Below are positions 28,380 to 41,666 of a DNA stretch of 64,000 bases, piece after piece (within the stretch, counting starts at the first letter, position 1; each line of letters opens with the position of its first letter). The translations under genes and the position numbers were made by a program. The DNA is from Trichoplax adhaerens (Eukaryota > Animalia > Placozoa), in assembly GCF_000150275.1 (NCBI RefSeq), contig NW_002060960.1, forward strand, positions 1 to 64,000. Direction: 5' to 3'. The notes beneath the pieces were generated by a model. The model ran no database searches and was not told where the DNA came from. It saw only the letters and a list, made by a program, of their open reading frames with translations.

Positions 28380-29040
28380 ATATACTTCTGATGGCAATAA
28401 CTAGTCTCGTAGCAGCATTTCGAAAATCCTATACTGTATAATCACAGTTCTAATTGAAGTTACAACCAATTTAATCGTTTCGTCGGCTACTGACGTTTTA
28501 ATAACTAGCCATTTATGTCCATTGAAACCATAATCGACGTACGAGGTGTTAATTCCAAATCTTGTTGTTTCTGATGGCAGCGACTTACTTTATGTTAGCT
28601 ATATTAGAGCAATCTTTATCGTAGCATAAATTAATTTTACAATAAGTACGATCTTATCATCAGCTGCCGGTAAAAATTAAAGAGGTCTTAGACTCATTCT
28701 GATATCTAGACATTTATGTACATTGAACTACCGCCGTGAATACTCATAAAGTACATTCCAGATATAGCTATTTCCGATTGCAACAACTGAGTTTTATTAT
28801 TGGAGCAATTTAATCACAGTAGCATTTGAAATCACAACCAATATAAGGTAGATTGTTACTGTCAGCTATTCACAAATTACGAAACAGCATGGGATTGATT
28901 CTAATATGTAGATATTCATATACATTAAACTGTAATCAACGTATACGATCTTAATTCCAAATTTTATTGTTCCTGAAGGCAACAGCTTACTTAGTATTAG
29001 CTATATTAGAGCTATGTAATCGCGATAGCAATTCTAATTA
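28380..29040. repeat. Diverged ~400-bp tandem duplication upstream of the ERI-like gene
   Basis: ttaattccaaat.tt.ttgtt.ctga.ggca.c..cttactt..t.ttagctatattagagc at ~28549 and ~28951; acaaccaat at ~28462 and ~28834. Confidence 0.8.
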
Positions 29041-31677
29041 CTATCGCATACAATCATTATTATGATATGCTTATAATGGAGATTAAATTTGGCTTTACCC
29101 TAATTCAGATTGAGAGGTAACAATGTTAAAATTCATGACATGACTGCTTCTATAAGATAGCTAGTAACACTAATCGTAGACGTTAGAGAACAGATCTGTA
29201 AGTAACTTCAAATAGCTGTGCTGCATATAATTTTCTGCCTTGGCACAAGATGAAGATACGAGATTCAGAAATACTAATCAGGCCAATTACTGCTAGTCGC
29301 CTTAAACGATGTTTTAAAAAATGCAAACGTAGTATACCAGCAACTCTTCTAACTTGATATTGCAATATTGCTTCTATGTGCTAAAATTTAGGAAAATTGT
29401 AGGCGCCATTAAATATACCATTAAAGCTGTAACACAAAATCAAGTGCGATCATGTTTTTTTGCAGACGTCAGTAACTTCTCACTGTAATTAATACGATAA
29501 AAAATCTAATTCCAGTTCAGTTCAGCATGTTTTATTTAATTTTATTTGGCTTTATTAATCAAGAAAAGAATCATTTTAAGTGGCGAAATCTCATATATTA
29601 ACTGAATAATGTAATGTGTAATGAGTAAATAGGCTATGAGAAATGTATGCGAAGGGCAAGAATTTGAAAATTGCAATGTGATGGATGGCGTTGGTGTTTA
29701 TTAAAACATATTGCTAAACATCAGGGACAATAATACAGTACATGCAGCTGATATCCATTTAATGACATAAAGGAACATAAAATAAGTATTATTCATGACA
29801 ATTTCAATTCGAATGAAATTAAAACTATCTCTTAATTTTGGTTTTCTAAATGAAATTGTATTGATAATTATGTCAATCTATACTCGGTTTCAAGAATTAT
29901 AAAACTACATGACCAATAGATTTAAGATTGGCCTTTAAAAAGCGCACTTTAACATGTGTATGAAAAAAACATTTTGAAATTGCAAAGTCATAGATCATGT
30001 AGTCTAATCTGAGACCATTTTACAACAATCACTGACTATTCCTGTTTTTATGCTGTCTTAACAGCATAAAGTACCTTACGATAACTACAGTTTGCTAACT
30101 ATAAAAAGAATTAGTATATCTCTTAATTTTAACTTTTAAGACTGTATAACATCATAAATACTTACATTTGTGATTAGTTCCTAATATTATTTAGCTCGTA
30201 CTTTGAAGAAGATTAGGTAATTAACCTTGAAATGGGTTCTTTCCCTAGAGTAACTGGCAATTTGATTCATATCGATACATGTGAAAGAGTAACTGCAGCA
30301 CTGGCGCAGTCTTGGCATCAGTAATATCATATAGAACTACAAAAAGGTTTTTCAGAGCGCCTGTGATCGCAATCAGCATGCAGTGCTGTAAATGGAACAG
30401 TTGACAACGTGAAAATATGCTATGATCATAAAGACTGCTAAAATAACGTGGATGAAATAAGAATCGTATTGCTATAATTTCTAATCATGATCGGTATGAA
30501 AACGAACATAGCCCTTTGCGGTAAGTGTACAATAAAATTTCTTATCGTTACTGAAATTTACAAAGTTTTGAGTTGAACTAATTTGCTTCGCTAAATTAGA
30601 GATTCTCTTCTATACCTAGATAGTACTATCGGATCAGCCTGTAGATCTTTTTACTATTTCAAAATTATACATGCTGTTGTACAGTATAATAATCAATTGA
30701 TAATAATAATAAATGTCAATAATAGCTATAATTAATGTCAATTTCAATGAATTCGCGGTGAAGATATAAGGTAGCAAGAAAAGGTGAGATAAATGAAGGT
30801 ATAAAGTATTTTTGACGTAACTGTTTCTATTCAGTAAAAGCGAATCAGAGAACAGTGGCATAAATGCTTGCTTGCTTACTTAGATCTTTACCAAACTCGT
30901 TCATGACTCTAAAGTTTAATCTAAACTCAATATTGGATTAGCTTTGTTACTAGCAAAATGTAATTAAGTAGTTCTAAGTGATTTGAATCGAATATGCCAA
31001 TCTGAAGATCAGGTGAAAATCGAATCAAATCACAATAATAAGCGTGTTGATAGAGGTTATCGTAAGATGTTCATGTGTGCTTTCTATTTCTGCCAATAAA
31101 GATAGTCTAGCTCACAAAACTTTACTTATTTTTTTTTCATAGTGCCTTTATCTGAGAAATCATATCATTTGTCGCACAGAATTTTAACTAAAATTCACTA
31201 GATCTATTGAAGTGGTAATAATCTCGGGTATTGCATCCAATCAATATTAGGATTGAACATACCACAAGAAATATGGCGTTTATTATCAAACAGTGGTAAT
31301 TAGTAATACAGTGAATCAGTGACCAGGATGATTGATGTTAGTTTAATATTTCAAGCGTTTAATTATGATATATCGTAGGCAAATTATTTTACTTCTTTTG
31401 GAAGCTCATCAACATATCTAGATTAATAAAGACATTACAATTTACATTTCACTTTCTACGATGAAGATAGTGCAATCGATTAATTAAACAGCATCATGAG
31501 TTGGATAGCAGAACATAAAGATTAAACATATGCGAAGGGGGATCTTACGACCTATCTTGAACCATGCATTTTAGAAATAATACTTGTCTATGGCAACAGA
31601 ATAACAGAAAAAATTTAATGCTCATGAATGAATAGATTTGTGTTCGGATAAACAGCAAATCACATCAGCAAAGGTAG

Positions 31678-34282
31678 TTAGATCGAAGTATCACTATTAG
31701 GGGTAATTTCATAGCCGTCCAAAATTAGTTGACATAACACATTAGCAATATTTTGAACATCATCTTTTCCACGATGCCATTGACCCTTAAAAATCTATCA
31801 TCAAATGTTCCAGCATCACCGGTAATCTTGGTTGATAATGGAGGTTAAAAATACGTTTGAAAGCTAGTTTTAAGTCGATCCACTCGCAAGTCCACGAAGG
31901 AAACGGAACGTCACTCAATGCACACTACCGCTTTAAGTAATATTTAACATCAGTAGGAGTGCACGTTACGTAGCCATATGGTGATTTCATATAAGAAAAT
32001 AAAACAGAAATGGGATTATTAAATTTTTAGCCCTTGCTTAAACGTTTGGCATATTACTATTAACAAAGAATACTATCAAAAATGCTCTTCATCTTACCCA
32101 TCCGTTACTAAAATAAAGCTCTTGTTTTCCTTCACAGTATTGTCGTTCAACCAAGCTTCGAAATCGTTAAAAATGTCAGGAAAAGTATCTGCACAACTGA
32201 CCAATTCCTACTCACATACGATTGGTTATTTACAAATTATAAGGATTAACGAACATTAAACAGATTCTAATTGATATCCGAGACTATCGCTATGCAGTAG
32301 CCAGGCACCAAACAGTTGTTCAGTAACAATAGTAATCGATCAGCTTCTTAAATACTTTACGAATCATATTGTATTGGAATGTTGGTGATTCATTTTAATT
32401 TAGTATACAATTATAAGGTAGGCAAACATAGCTTAAATTGATTCTTAGGTAAGTAATACGATCACTTGTGCATTAAAATACCGTACGCAGCAAATTTTCT
32501 CTTCTTGAATTTCATATAAGTATTCGCTTATGAAAGTTGGCCGAAAATAAATTTGGCATCTTATTAATCAATTAATTCCAGTACAATAAATACTTTTGCT
32601 TCAAACCATGCTCTAATTTTTATAATTGATTTTGCTTCAGGCAGAATTGAGATCATTATTTCGTGTTAATGTTCACTCATTGAGTTTGTCAACAAATAAA
32701 TTAGCATTTTTGCAATCAAGCAATACCATCATACTATATCATAAGGAAAACTGTAGTGTCAAACCGTCCCATAAATTTTTAAAACTAATTTAGCTTGAAA
32801 GTAGGATTAAGATCTTATTTCGAATAATGTTCGTATATGAAGCAGGAAAATTAAAAATGAATTGACATCACTTCAATAAATTAATATCTTTATAATAATT
32901 GATTTTGTTTGGTGCTGTACTGTAGACTTTTGATTTTATAATTAATTTAATTTTTTTACTTTAAAGTAGAGCTGAGACCTTATTTTTGAATTAATGTTCA
33001 CTCATAGAATGGGTATCAAAATAAATTAGTACAAGCAATCAACCCATTCAGTCAAAATTTTGACTTCAAACCTTATTACACAATCATACCGTATATTTAT
33101 AGTAAGAAAATTGTAATGCTTGGAGCTAAATTTAACAGCATGTCTTGACTACATTGTCTACACAACAAATAATTAAATATAACTAAACATAGCGTCATGG
33201 CTTTTTCCATAAAATTATTCCGGTACTGGACCAAGTGCCATTGTTATCTCACCAATATTAATATTTTAGGTGTCATAATGAGCCTGTAAGTAAAAGGGAA
33301 CGAGCTCATACTTTTACGATAGAAACTAGTTTTGAATTTAGTCGACTTATAGATTGTAATTATTGGATAGATATTATGTATTAGTATGACGTAACGCTAG
33401 CTAAACTAAATTGATTTTTCACACTTGCATTTTTATTACCTTTGCAGATAACACAAGCTGCTATAAGACTTTGTGAATATGTGAAAATGGAAAAATTAAA
33501 ATAATATTTGGAGGATTTGAAATCCCCAATAGTCCTTAGTTCATTCGTTTATGTTAAGTGACATCTATAGAGATAGCTAATTTATAATAATCACGAATCA
33601 CAGGCCTGCTATCAGCATCAGATTTGATAACTAAATTATAACAAAATATGCATAATTTTATATCGACAGAATGTTATTCAGCTGTAGGCTTGTATATCAT
33701 TGCTGTATTGGATAATATTAGATGATATTAGTAAGAAGGAAGACGAGGAGACTATACGATTATTACTATGGAGCTGCTTGCGCTTTGCTACTCCTACTTT
33801 ACAGTAGATTACCATGATGAAAATTACTTGTAGATGATTCTATTGATTGAGACGAGTTGTATAATCAAGAAGAAAATAAACTTTTAGTGTGTTTAGCTCG
33901 TATGGAGCAGTTAGTCATTAAAGCATTGCCTACTTGCCTGAGATATTCCAGTCAGTCGCTTACAGAATTTACTTAAAGTTCGATTGATCGTAGGTCGAAC
34001 ATACGAATGAAATTCGCTGAAAACTTCTAGCGTGCTAGCGTCAATTAGTAAGGCTGGGAATTCAATAATTTCTGGTAAATGGTAGTCTCGATACTTTGAT
34101 TTGGTTGTAGCTTCAAAATCGATGACAAGATAAAAATCTACAAACGATTCCAGTTTTGGTGGACAGCTTTGGTCTGTTGGATATCTTCGATATATTGGAC
34201 AATTTCCATGTGTTACATGACTTTGATATGTTGGATGGCTTCGGTGTCTTCGATGTCGTCTTCTCCCTCTAGAATTTCTCAT
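31678..34282 (-). pseudogene. ERI1-family DEDDh 3'-5' exoribonuclease, disrupted in its last exon
   Basis: Exon 34282-33938 (YLVIDFEAT, EIIEFPA, EFHSYVRP; GC donor), exon 32207-32098 (..FILVTDG), exon 31958-31678 (PTDVKYYLKR*C...WIDLK...IDF/KGQWHRGKDDVQNIA...DG). Lesions: acceptor CAC instead of CAG (31959-31961), in-frame TAG at 31925-31927, +1 T frameshift at 31789-31793. Confidence 0.85.
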
Positions 34283-34948
34283 TTCTGCAATAATAAATCA
34301 GCCTGGCGTAATCGCAGTCCTGTGATCAATCAAAAGATTTTTAAATGACAGAACTTTAGAAACAATTGCGTTTCAATATCTGCGAGCTGAGATGTGCTAG
34401 AGATAAGTTTTTTGGATTTTTGAACCGATTCAACAAAAACTATGTAATTGATGGATGTTCTTTCCACCTATCTTAATACTGAAAAGTGTGAATCACGTGA
34501 ATAATGCCAATCCATATAAAGAATAAATAAGAAATTATTGGCTTGGTGTTGCGACTCTCTGCCAACTTACGTTATTGCACTACTATTGTAAGCTTGTGTT
34601 AGATTTGCTCAAAAGAATAGTGTCAAAGTGACTAAGAGTAGCAATAAGCCTTACAGTCTTCATATTTGATTAAAGACTAGTAGCTGGACCTGATGCAGCT
34701 ACTATCCATCTTAAACTAAACAGTCTAAAAGTCAAGCTTTATAAAGTTAAAATGTCATTACGATCGAGCACGATACGGAATTCGTAGCTTATCGCTTAAC
34801 ATGCTGAGTACTACCCTTAAGCATTAATCTTTACAAAAAATAAGCATTTCTTACCTTTAAAACCTTGTAAAAGACTAATAGATAGTACTAAAGCAACCGG
34901 GTAACGTTCATCTTGTGCGTTTTTCAATGACGGCTCGTTTGGAACCAC

Positions 34949-34956
34949 TTTCCCGC
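34949..34956 (+). promoter_or_regulatory. Candidate E2F site upstream of a putative 5'UTR exon of the ERI-like pseudogene
   Basis: TTTCCCGC matches TTTSSCGC. A minus-strand AG|GTAAG donor lies at 34854 and a cag acceptor 2 nt before the ATG at 34282. Confidence 0.3.
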
Positions 34957-36025
34957 CGGGTAAAATTTATTGTTTATACATTATAATTATTACAAGCCTT
35001 TGCACCAGGGCAGAGGTATGAAAATTATATGGATTTGTATTGAAAACGGGTAAAATTTGAATGTTTGGAAGTTAGAAATTCCATGTACTGTACTTATTTA
35101 TATTTGTTTTCTTTCATTCAATTTTTTTTTTTTGGACTTCAGTATAATGAATGTATACTGAACTTGTTTATTATTCGCTTGTAAAAAAGAGGTCGAAATG
35201 ACATTTTTATTTTAAATCTGTTCCAGGTTATGCCCAAAATTGAAGTATTGCTTTATTTTTCTGCTTTATGGGTGTCGCACACCTTGACGGAACGACTATT
35301 ATTATCCAAGCTTGAATGATTTCTAGACGCAAAATTTATATTTACAAATCACAGAAAATTAATTTAAATTCATACCTATTTCAAAGATTCGAACATCTTC
35401 CCTGTACAGGAGACAAAGTCACGAAAATACATAAAGGTAACATTAAGCTGAAAAAAGGAAAAAATAATCGCCTTTAAAGGGTCTTCGTTCTTACCAGTTT
35501 AGTATGCAAATTAGCTTCAAAGCAATCAAGGTGGTTCAAATACTCCAAATAAATATTGCTACGATAGGCTGCTGACAGTTATAGCCGTTGAAAAGCTCAA
35601 AGTAAAGTATCGCGTAAGCGCCTCCTTTTCTACAGCAACTACAGTAGCATGAAATAAGCAAACTATTGAATCCGATGAGCTTGCTGACACTTCTAGGTGT
35701 TAAAAAGTAAACATCAAAATAAGCGCCTTCTTTTCGACAGGAAATTACAGAACAGTAGCCGGAAAATAATCAAACTATTTCATCACTAAAAGGGGGAGGA
35801 GGGACTTGAAGAACACCAAACGATCCATTGGAAAAATGAGATGCGCAGACTCAATATACAGTGCACCGTGCCACTATGCAGTACAATGTACTGTACACTG
35901 TACTACTGTACTGTACGTATACTGTTCTATTTATTTTGTTGTTCATTATAATACTGTAATAAAATCTCACTATACTGTGCCGTACCGTACCGTACCGTTT
36001 TTACTGGCTTACAGTAATTGCGCTC

Positions 36026-36110
36026 TGTTATTAATTATCATAGGGGTTAAGGCTAGCCGGTTAGGGTTAGCCGGTTAGGGTTAGGGTTGTTATTATTAAT
36101 TCTCATAGGG
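36026..36110 (+). repeat. Interstitial telomere-like (TTAGGG) tract flanked by ~20-bp direct repeats
   Basis: TTAGGG at 36061, 36075 and 36081 plus degenerate units, between tgttattaattatcataggg (36026-36045) and tgttattattaattctcataggg (36088-36110). Confidence 0.75.
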
Positions 36111-36233
36111 TACTTGTACACTGTACACTAACTGTATAGTGTAGTGTACAGTATAATAGACGTTACAGTACTATAACGTACCTAACATGACCTGGACTAG
36201 ATTGTACTTTCAATTACTGACCAGATCAGTCTC

Positions 36234-36247
36234 GTACTCATAGTAAC
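36234..36247 (+). promoter_or_regulatory. X-box (RFX-binding site) upstream of the ciliary gene TTC26
   Basis: GTACTCATAGTAAC fits the X-box consensus RTHNYYWTRRNRAC at all 14 positions; IFT genes are classic RFX targets. Confidence 0.6.
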
Positions 36248-36733
36248 TCACGGTGATGGCAAGTCCTAATGATTCTGCGCAAAATGGCCAGCAGTTGCTT
36301 AGCGACAGTAAGATGTCATACTCTTCCTTCATGTTCAGGTAAAACGTCTCTCAATTAAATTTGGATAGCCAGCTTGAAGAAGGAACGTATTTTTCTTCGC
36401 CAAGTAAAAGATAAAATCTCGTTAGGAAGAAAGCTAATGCCAACGGTCCAATTACTGCGCAAGATTGATCATTGCCTGTTGAAAGAGAATTATAACGTAA
36501 TTGCCTGATTCAGATCATTTTATCGCCCAAGTAGGTAGCGTTCAGGTAGGGTAATGATAATTAATGAAACGGCAGAATCGGTAAAGCCAAACATAATATA
36601 ATAAGAGTATAGCTAAATAATAAGGATACTTTTTACCATCTAAAAATGTTATTATTTCTATAACTTGGACTAGAAGATTGACCCAGTCTATTGATTGTAA
36701 CTACTTAAACCCAAGACACTTAACGCACTGAAA

Positions 36734-39700
36734 ATGGTAAGCTAGCTGCCAACTTTATTATTGCTGTATTACAACCGTTTTTTTCCTTTCTTCATTTTGT
36801 TTGACTATTAATCAAGTCAAATCTATCATGAAGTGGAACAGGCATAAACTTAATAAAGAATAATTAGAAATAAATTATAAGTTAACCGAGTTATGTTTTA
36901 AAAGTGTCGGACTCTTTATTCCCAAGTTTTACTTATCATAATAAAGTTAAGATTACATTCAATCCTATTATCAGGATTCAAATTCTGGCTGCTATTAATA
37001 CGTTGTAAACTGCTGTGGACATGATAACATCTAATGTGCTTTAAAATATCCCATTAAATTAGTTACTATCAAGAGCAAAACCAGTAACCGCTCAAGAGAA
37101 AGAGACTAAGAAAAAGGAGCAACAAGTTCCTCAATTAGACGACTTTCTGAACAAGAGAGACTACACTGGAGCCATGACTCTACTAGAAGTAAATCAGAAT
37201 ACAGTATAACGTATTAAATTCATATAGTGCAGCTATATTATTATTCCATAATAGTCAATGCATTATATACAAGTACCTTATTTTATTTTAATCGTTGATA
37301 TCATTTCTCTTTGGGGTATAAGTTCGATAGAGGAGGTGGTAAGGGAAATGATGAAGTCAGTTTGTGGATAGCTTACTGTGCATTCCACCTTGGGGATTAT
37401 AAGAAAGCTATGGAGGTATTGTTTATAATGTTCATGAATTACTTACTTGAAATAATCAATTCGGTATAAAATTCGGAGGCTATTGAAAAAGATTGATACG
37501 AAATTGTTACTTTCCATACGATGTTTATAGGAATATCAAAAGCTTACATCAAAAGTAGGCTGTAACCCAGACTACTGGTGCTATTTAGCATGTTGCTATT
37601 TCCTACTAGGAATGTATAAAGAATCTGATGCTGCAGCTGATAAAGGTAACTATATATTCGATAAAGGCAGCTGTCCTTAGGAATGTACATCGCCAATGCC
37701 ATTACAAAATTTTATCCTGTATAAATGCTTAATAATAAAGTCTAATTATTTCTTGTAGGTCCTAAAAGTAAACTACAAAACCGATTACAATTTCACTTAT
37801 CTCAAAAGGTACTTTATTCTAAACGCCGGTATAATTATTTAAATGATGTGCTCATTCTCTTCTATAAAGAAGACCTCAAAATTTAAACAAATTCTATGTC
37901 ATAAAATTTCTTTTTGGTTTAATCTTTCAGTTTAATGACGAAAAGCGTCTAATGCATTATCATCAACAATTACAAGACGTCATACAAGATCAAGTAAAGT
38001 GGATTTAAACTAATGTACTGCATCTTCAATTAGTTACACACATTTATAACTGATATCGTGTTATACTTATTTATACTGCAGCTAAGCCTTGCATCAATTC
38101 ACTATTTAAGAAGTCACTATCAAGAAGCTATAGATATTTATAAACGAATCTTACTAGAAAATAGGTATAGGGCAGTCGTCAATCATTATTCTATTTTAAG
38201 TTGATATAGCTTTGTAATTTGATCACAACTACAGCATTAATTTTGGATTGATCTAATTTTATCTCCGAAACTGATAGGGATTATTTAGCTTTAAACGTAT
38301 ATGTGGCCTTATGCTATTACAAGCTAGACTACTACGATGTTTCACAGGAAGTTTTGGCGGTTTATTTGCAAAATAATCCAGATAGGTAATCTATAAATGC
38401 AACTTAGAAGCTACGTTTCTAAAATATTATTTTTAAATAACTACGTACAGCTTTCGATAGGTAATACATATTCATTATAATATTCATATGCCTCTTGTAG
38501 TGTAATAGCTTTAAATTTAAAAGCCTGCAATCACTTCAAGCTTTATAATGGAAAAGCAGCAGAGGTAAGTAAATATGACTTATAATCTATATCAATATCA
38601 CCATACTTCATCTATCTCTAAATTTAAGCATTTATGTGAGTAATTATGCTATTATAATGATATTCCATGTATTAATTGTAGGCTGAATTGAAGAACCTAC
38701 AAGAAATGTCATCGCCAAGCCTAGTTTTTGCTAAAGACTTGATAAAACACAATTTGGTAAGCTTCTAATCCACTAAAGCGTGTAGTTTCAAATCTGTAGA
38801 ATATCCAGTAGCTCTTTTATTGAGTCCAAAATCTTTACATATTCATTTCTAACGCTCCTTTATTAATTGTTTTAAAGGTTGTCTTCCGAGGAGGTGAAGG
38901 AGCGTTACAAGTTCTCCCACCATTAATAGATGTTATTCCAGAAGCAAGACTTAATCTAGTAAATTTTTTAACTGGAACTGCTAAATTGCGATACATTTCA
39001 AATTATTTAAATAGTCTAAACTTATTAATTACCCCTTATTGGACCTTCAGGTCATTTATTACCTGAAGCAAGATGATATTGTAGAAGCTTATAAATTGAT
39101 TAAAGATTTAGAACCAACAATTCCACAAGTAAGTTTAATTTCTCGATCTGAAAAGATTCATCCTTAGCGATTGAAATTTATGAGCTCAAATACTGAAAAT
39201 GTATTACTTATTTCTAGGAATACATTTTAAAAGGTGTTGTCAATGCAGCTCTAGGTCAAGAGCAACAATCGGTTAGAAGAAAAATTAGTCACAAATATTC
39301 TTGTCTAATTGCATTGCTAGCCACAGCAGATTAGAAAAAAATTAATAATAATTTTTTTCTACTTATTATTTATTTTCATTTTACGATAGCGCGAGCATCT
39401 TCGTATTGCTCAACAGTACTTTCAACTAGTTGGTGGATCAGCCAGCGAATGCGGTAAATTTACTTGCACTGTCAATTATAGTAGTGATAGTTTGCATACG
39501 TGTAATCGAAAATGAAAATAAATTATGCATTGTAATTACATTTAGATACAATACCTGGTAGGCAATGTATGGCAGCTTGCTTCTTTCTTCTCAAGCAATT
39601 TGAAGATGTCTTGATTTATCTAAATTCCATTAAGGTAAACAAATCATAAGTTTTAAGCTTTTCGAATTTGTAAATATTATATCTGATTACTGTTCGTATA

Positions 39701-40691
39701 TCATTAATAAACAGAATTCTTCAATATAGTAATCTGTACTTATATTTTGCCATTATATGTTTTATAGAGCTACTTCTATAACGACGACGTATTCAATTTC
39801 AATTATGCACAAGCGAAAGCAGTTGCAGGAAATTATAAGGAAGCTGAAGAGGTTATTTCTAATTACTGTAGAGATGCTCTGCTTGTATTATTGTATTATG
39901 CTTAATTTTTTTCGTAAAGTTCGCTCAACAATTAAATAATTCTGAATCTGCTTCTCTCTTGATTAGATATTTCTCATGATACAAAGCGAAAAAATCAAAA
40001 ATGATTACACATATCTTAGTTGGTTAGCTCGATGCTGTAAGTTTCAATAATTTATTAACCATCTAACAATAGCTAGATGCAATCACTCTCGTACTGTATT
40101 ATTCTGTGAATTAGTGGTATATGGGATAATAATGGTAGGTCTATTTTTCCTTTAGATATTATGAATAGAAAATCACGATTAGCATGGGAATCCTATCTCA
40201 AAATGGAAACATCATCAGAATCTTTCCAACTATTAACTCTTATTGCTAATGAATGTTATAAGGTATGGAATTTCTGAAGTCGATCGGATTTATTTCGTGT
40301 CGAATGGACAATAAAAACGATGAAATAAATCTTTTAGATGGGACAATTCTACTATGCTTGTAAAGCTTTTGACGTATTGGAGAGGATGGATCCTAATCCG
40401 GAACATTGGGAAGGTAAAAGAGGGGCATGTATTGGCTTATTTCAACTAATTATTGCTGGTCATGAACCTCGGTAAGTAGTTGCACAAGGCAGGTTGATAA
40501 AATATATACAATACATCGACATAAAACTGTGTAAGTTATCGATTGCTAACTACATTTTATTAAATTTAACCTTCAGGGAGACGCTAAGAGAGTTATTAGC
40601 TATTCTTCGCAACACTGCAAACCCACAAGTTGAGTACATAATTCGAATTATCAAGAAATGGGCGAAAGAAAAACGAATTAACTTGAATTGA
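36734..40691 (+). CDS. TTC26: Intraflagellar transport protein 56 (TTC26/DYF-13), ~20 coding exons
   Basis: ATG|gtaag at 36734-36736, then exons reading LLSRAKP...[12 protein letters not shown] (37063-37188), [112 protein letters not shown], ending [12 protein letters not shown]. Confidence 0.97.
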
Positions 40692-41666
40692 TTGTAAACC
40701 TTAAATTGATAGTTAGTTATAGTTAAAATAAGATAATTCATGACGCCTGTTGTACTGTAGTTATGTGGTCAAGGTGACAGGAATATAACTGTTGCTGTTC
40801 CAAAATTCTATTTAAAACTTTAAAATATCATACGATATTACTTAAGATCAGACACTACCATATCCATTACTGTACTAATTTGTTTTATTCCTTGGAAGGA
40901 TTTTCGAAAAATTGTTGTAACTGCATTGCATTTACTTCTAATTGTAGATAATTAATTCATTTTAGAAACGGATAATTCCAATTGCGATGTTTCAGTAATT
41001 CGAGTACAAAAATCGAAAGATATATTAAAGGGTACAAAAATTGGAAAGCTTAAACACTATTGCGTAATCTATGGCTGCTGTAAATATTTTCGTACTGTCA
41101 ATAAGCTCTCACTTAACAACAGACATAAACAAGCAAATAATATTCAATACGTTCATGATAACAGCGAGAATTTTTATTTGGATACATTACAGTACAATTT
41201 AAACAGAGATTCAAATCTTAGATCAACCGCGAATACAAACTACAAAGAAAAATGATAGTAATTTCAAAGCTATATGTAAGGTGCATAGTAATTACAATAT
41301 CCACGAAAAAATTTTCTAATACTGTATAAAAATACATGAATGAATGATTAAGGCGATAGTAATTGATAGGATAACACGTACATACGACATGCGGCATTGC
41401 CCAAGAAAAGATATGTGATCATCCTTACCCATTTACCTAGTTAAACCAGCTATGCCTCAGTTATGTCTCGGGTTACGACATAGTACTACGCTGCATTGTT
41501 GAAGTGCATGGCGCCGTGAGCATGTAATAATCATCAATGTTCATTTTATTATTACTATCATGAAATAACAATAAAACTAATGAAGCAGATGCCATATAGA
41601 CATTTGCAACTGCTGAAATAGTAATGCACTAAAATTGGCATTCTAGTAAACACAACTTTCCAGAAA

